Source of the DNA: a virus
Direction: 5' to 3' (one strand)
Virus record (IMG/VR): IMGVR_UViG_3300020577_002834
DNA: 38,395 nucleotides
Positions 38,335-38,395 of the stretch are shown piece by piece. Below the pieces are notes generated by a model. That model was not told the DNA's origin. It was given only the letters and a program-made list of their open reading frames with translations, and ran no database searches. How positions within the stretch are numbered: the first letter of the stretch is position 1; the number at the start of each line of letters is the position of its first letter. The position numbers were made by a program, and so were the translations under genes.

Positions 38335-38395
38335 TGGTGGTGGTGGTGGTGCGAAGACGGGACTGATCGTAACAGGCCAACCCGTCTACAAGGAC
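38319..38395. repeat. Second copy of the 77-bp terminal repeat (identical to 1-77)
   Basis: Identical string at both window ends. Confidence 0.9.

Noticed and set aside
1-38395. The whole window was searched for a diversity-generating retroelement (template/variable repeat pair plus reverse transcriptase), integrase/att sites, a repressor, CRISPR and rRNA/tRNA.
   Set aside because: I found no YxDD reverse-transcriptase motif, no tyrosine or serine recombinase signature, no spaced repeat array and no rRNA/tRNA-like sequence. The 77-bp terminal repeat is an assembly overlap through a gene, not an att duplication.

Overview
The window is a complete, closed genome of a tailed dsDNA phage. Bases 1-77 are identical to 38319-38395, giving a unit length of 38,318 bp. 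Gene content looks podovirus-like.

Two divergent gene modules leave a ~420-bp control region (31364-31787) and converge on a hairpin at 5732-5756.

- Leftward late module (minus strand, 31363 down to 5737): small acidic protein, GroES, GroEL, ParB-domain DNA methyltransferase, small and GpA-like large terminase, portal, scaffold, major capsid candidate, two free-standing HNH nucleases, fibre-like proteins, an embedded lysis cassette, tail proteins, and two large internal proteins, one carrying an SLT lytic transglycosylase domain.
- Rightward early module (plus strand, 31788 through the circular junction to 5731): Rad52-like annealing protein, wHTH protein, NinG-like protein, a protein built on a 12-nt tandem array, HNH-type proteins, three more DNA methyltransferases, several tiny zinc-ribbon or Cys-rich proteins, and a promoter-to-terminator unit encoding a secreted protein.

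I found no rRNA, tRNA, CRISPR array, integrase, reverse transcriptase or DNA polymerase.

The most interesting observations are:
- a complete phage-borne GroES/GroEL pair near the head of the late operon;
- a methyltransferase/HNH island whose C5 enzyme is split by a +1 frameshift near a T6 run and spans the junction;
- five copies of a 12-19-nt motif inside one early gene, which may be iterons;
- a 228-bp cluster of five hairpins, including a terminator, after the first early gene;
- DnaA-box sequences at the divergent control region;
- a 12-nt x ~17 coding tandem array.

All functional calls rest on motifs read by eye and recalled family signatures. No database search was run.
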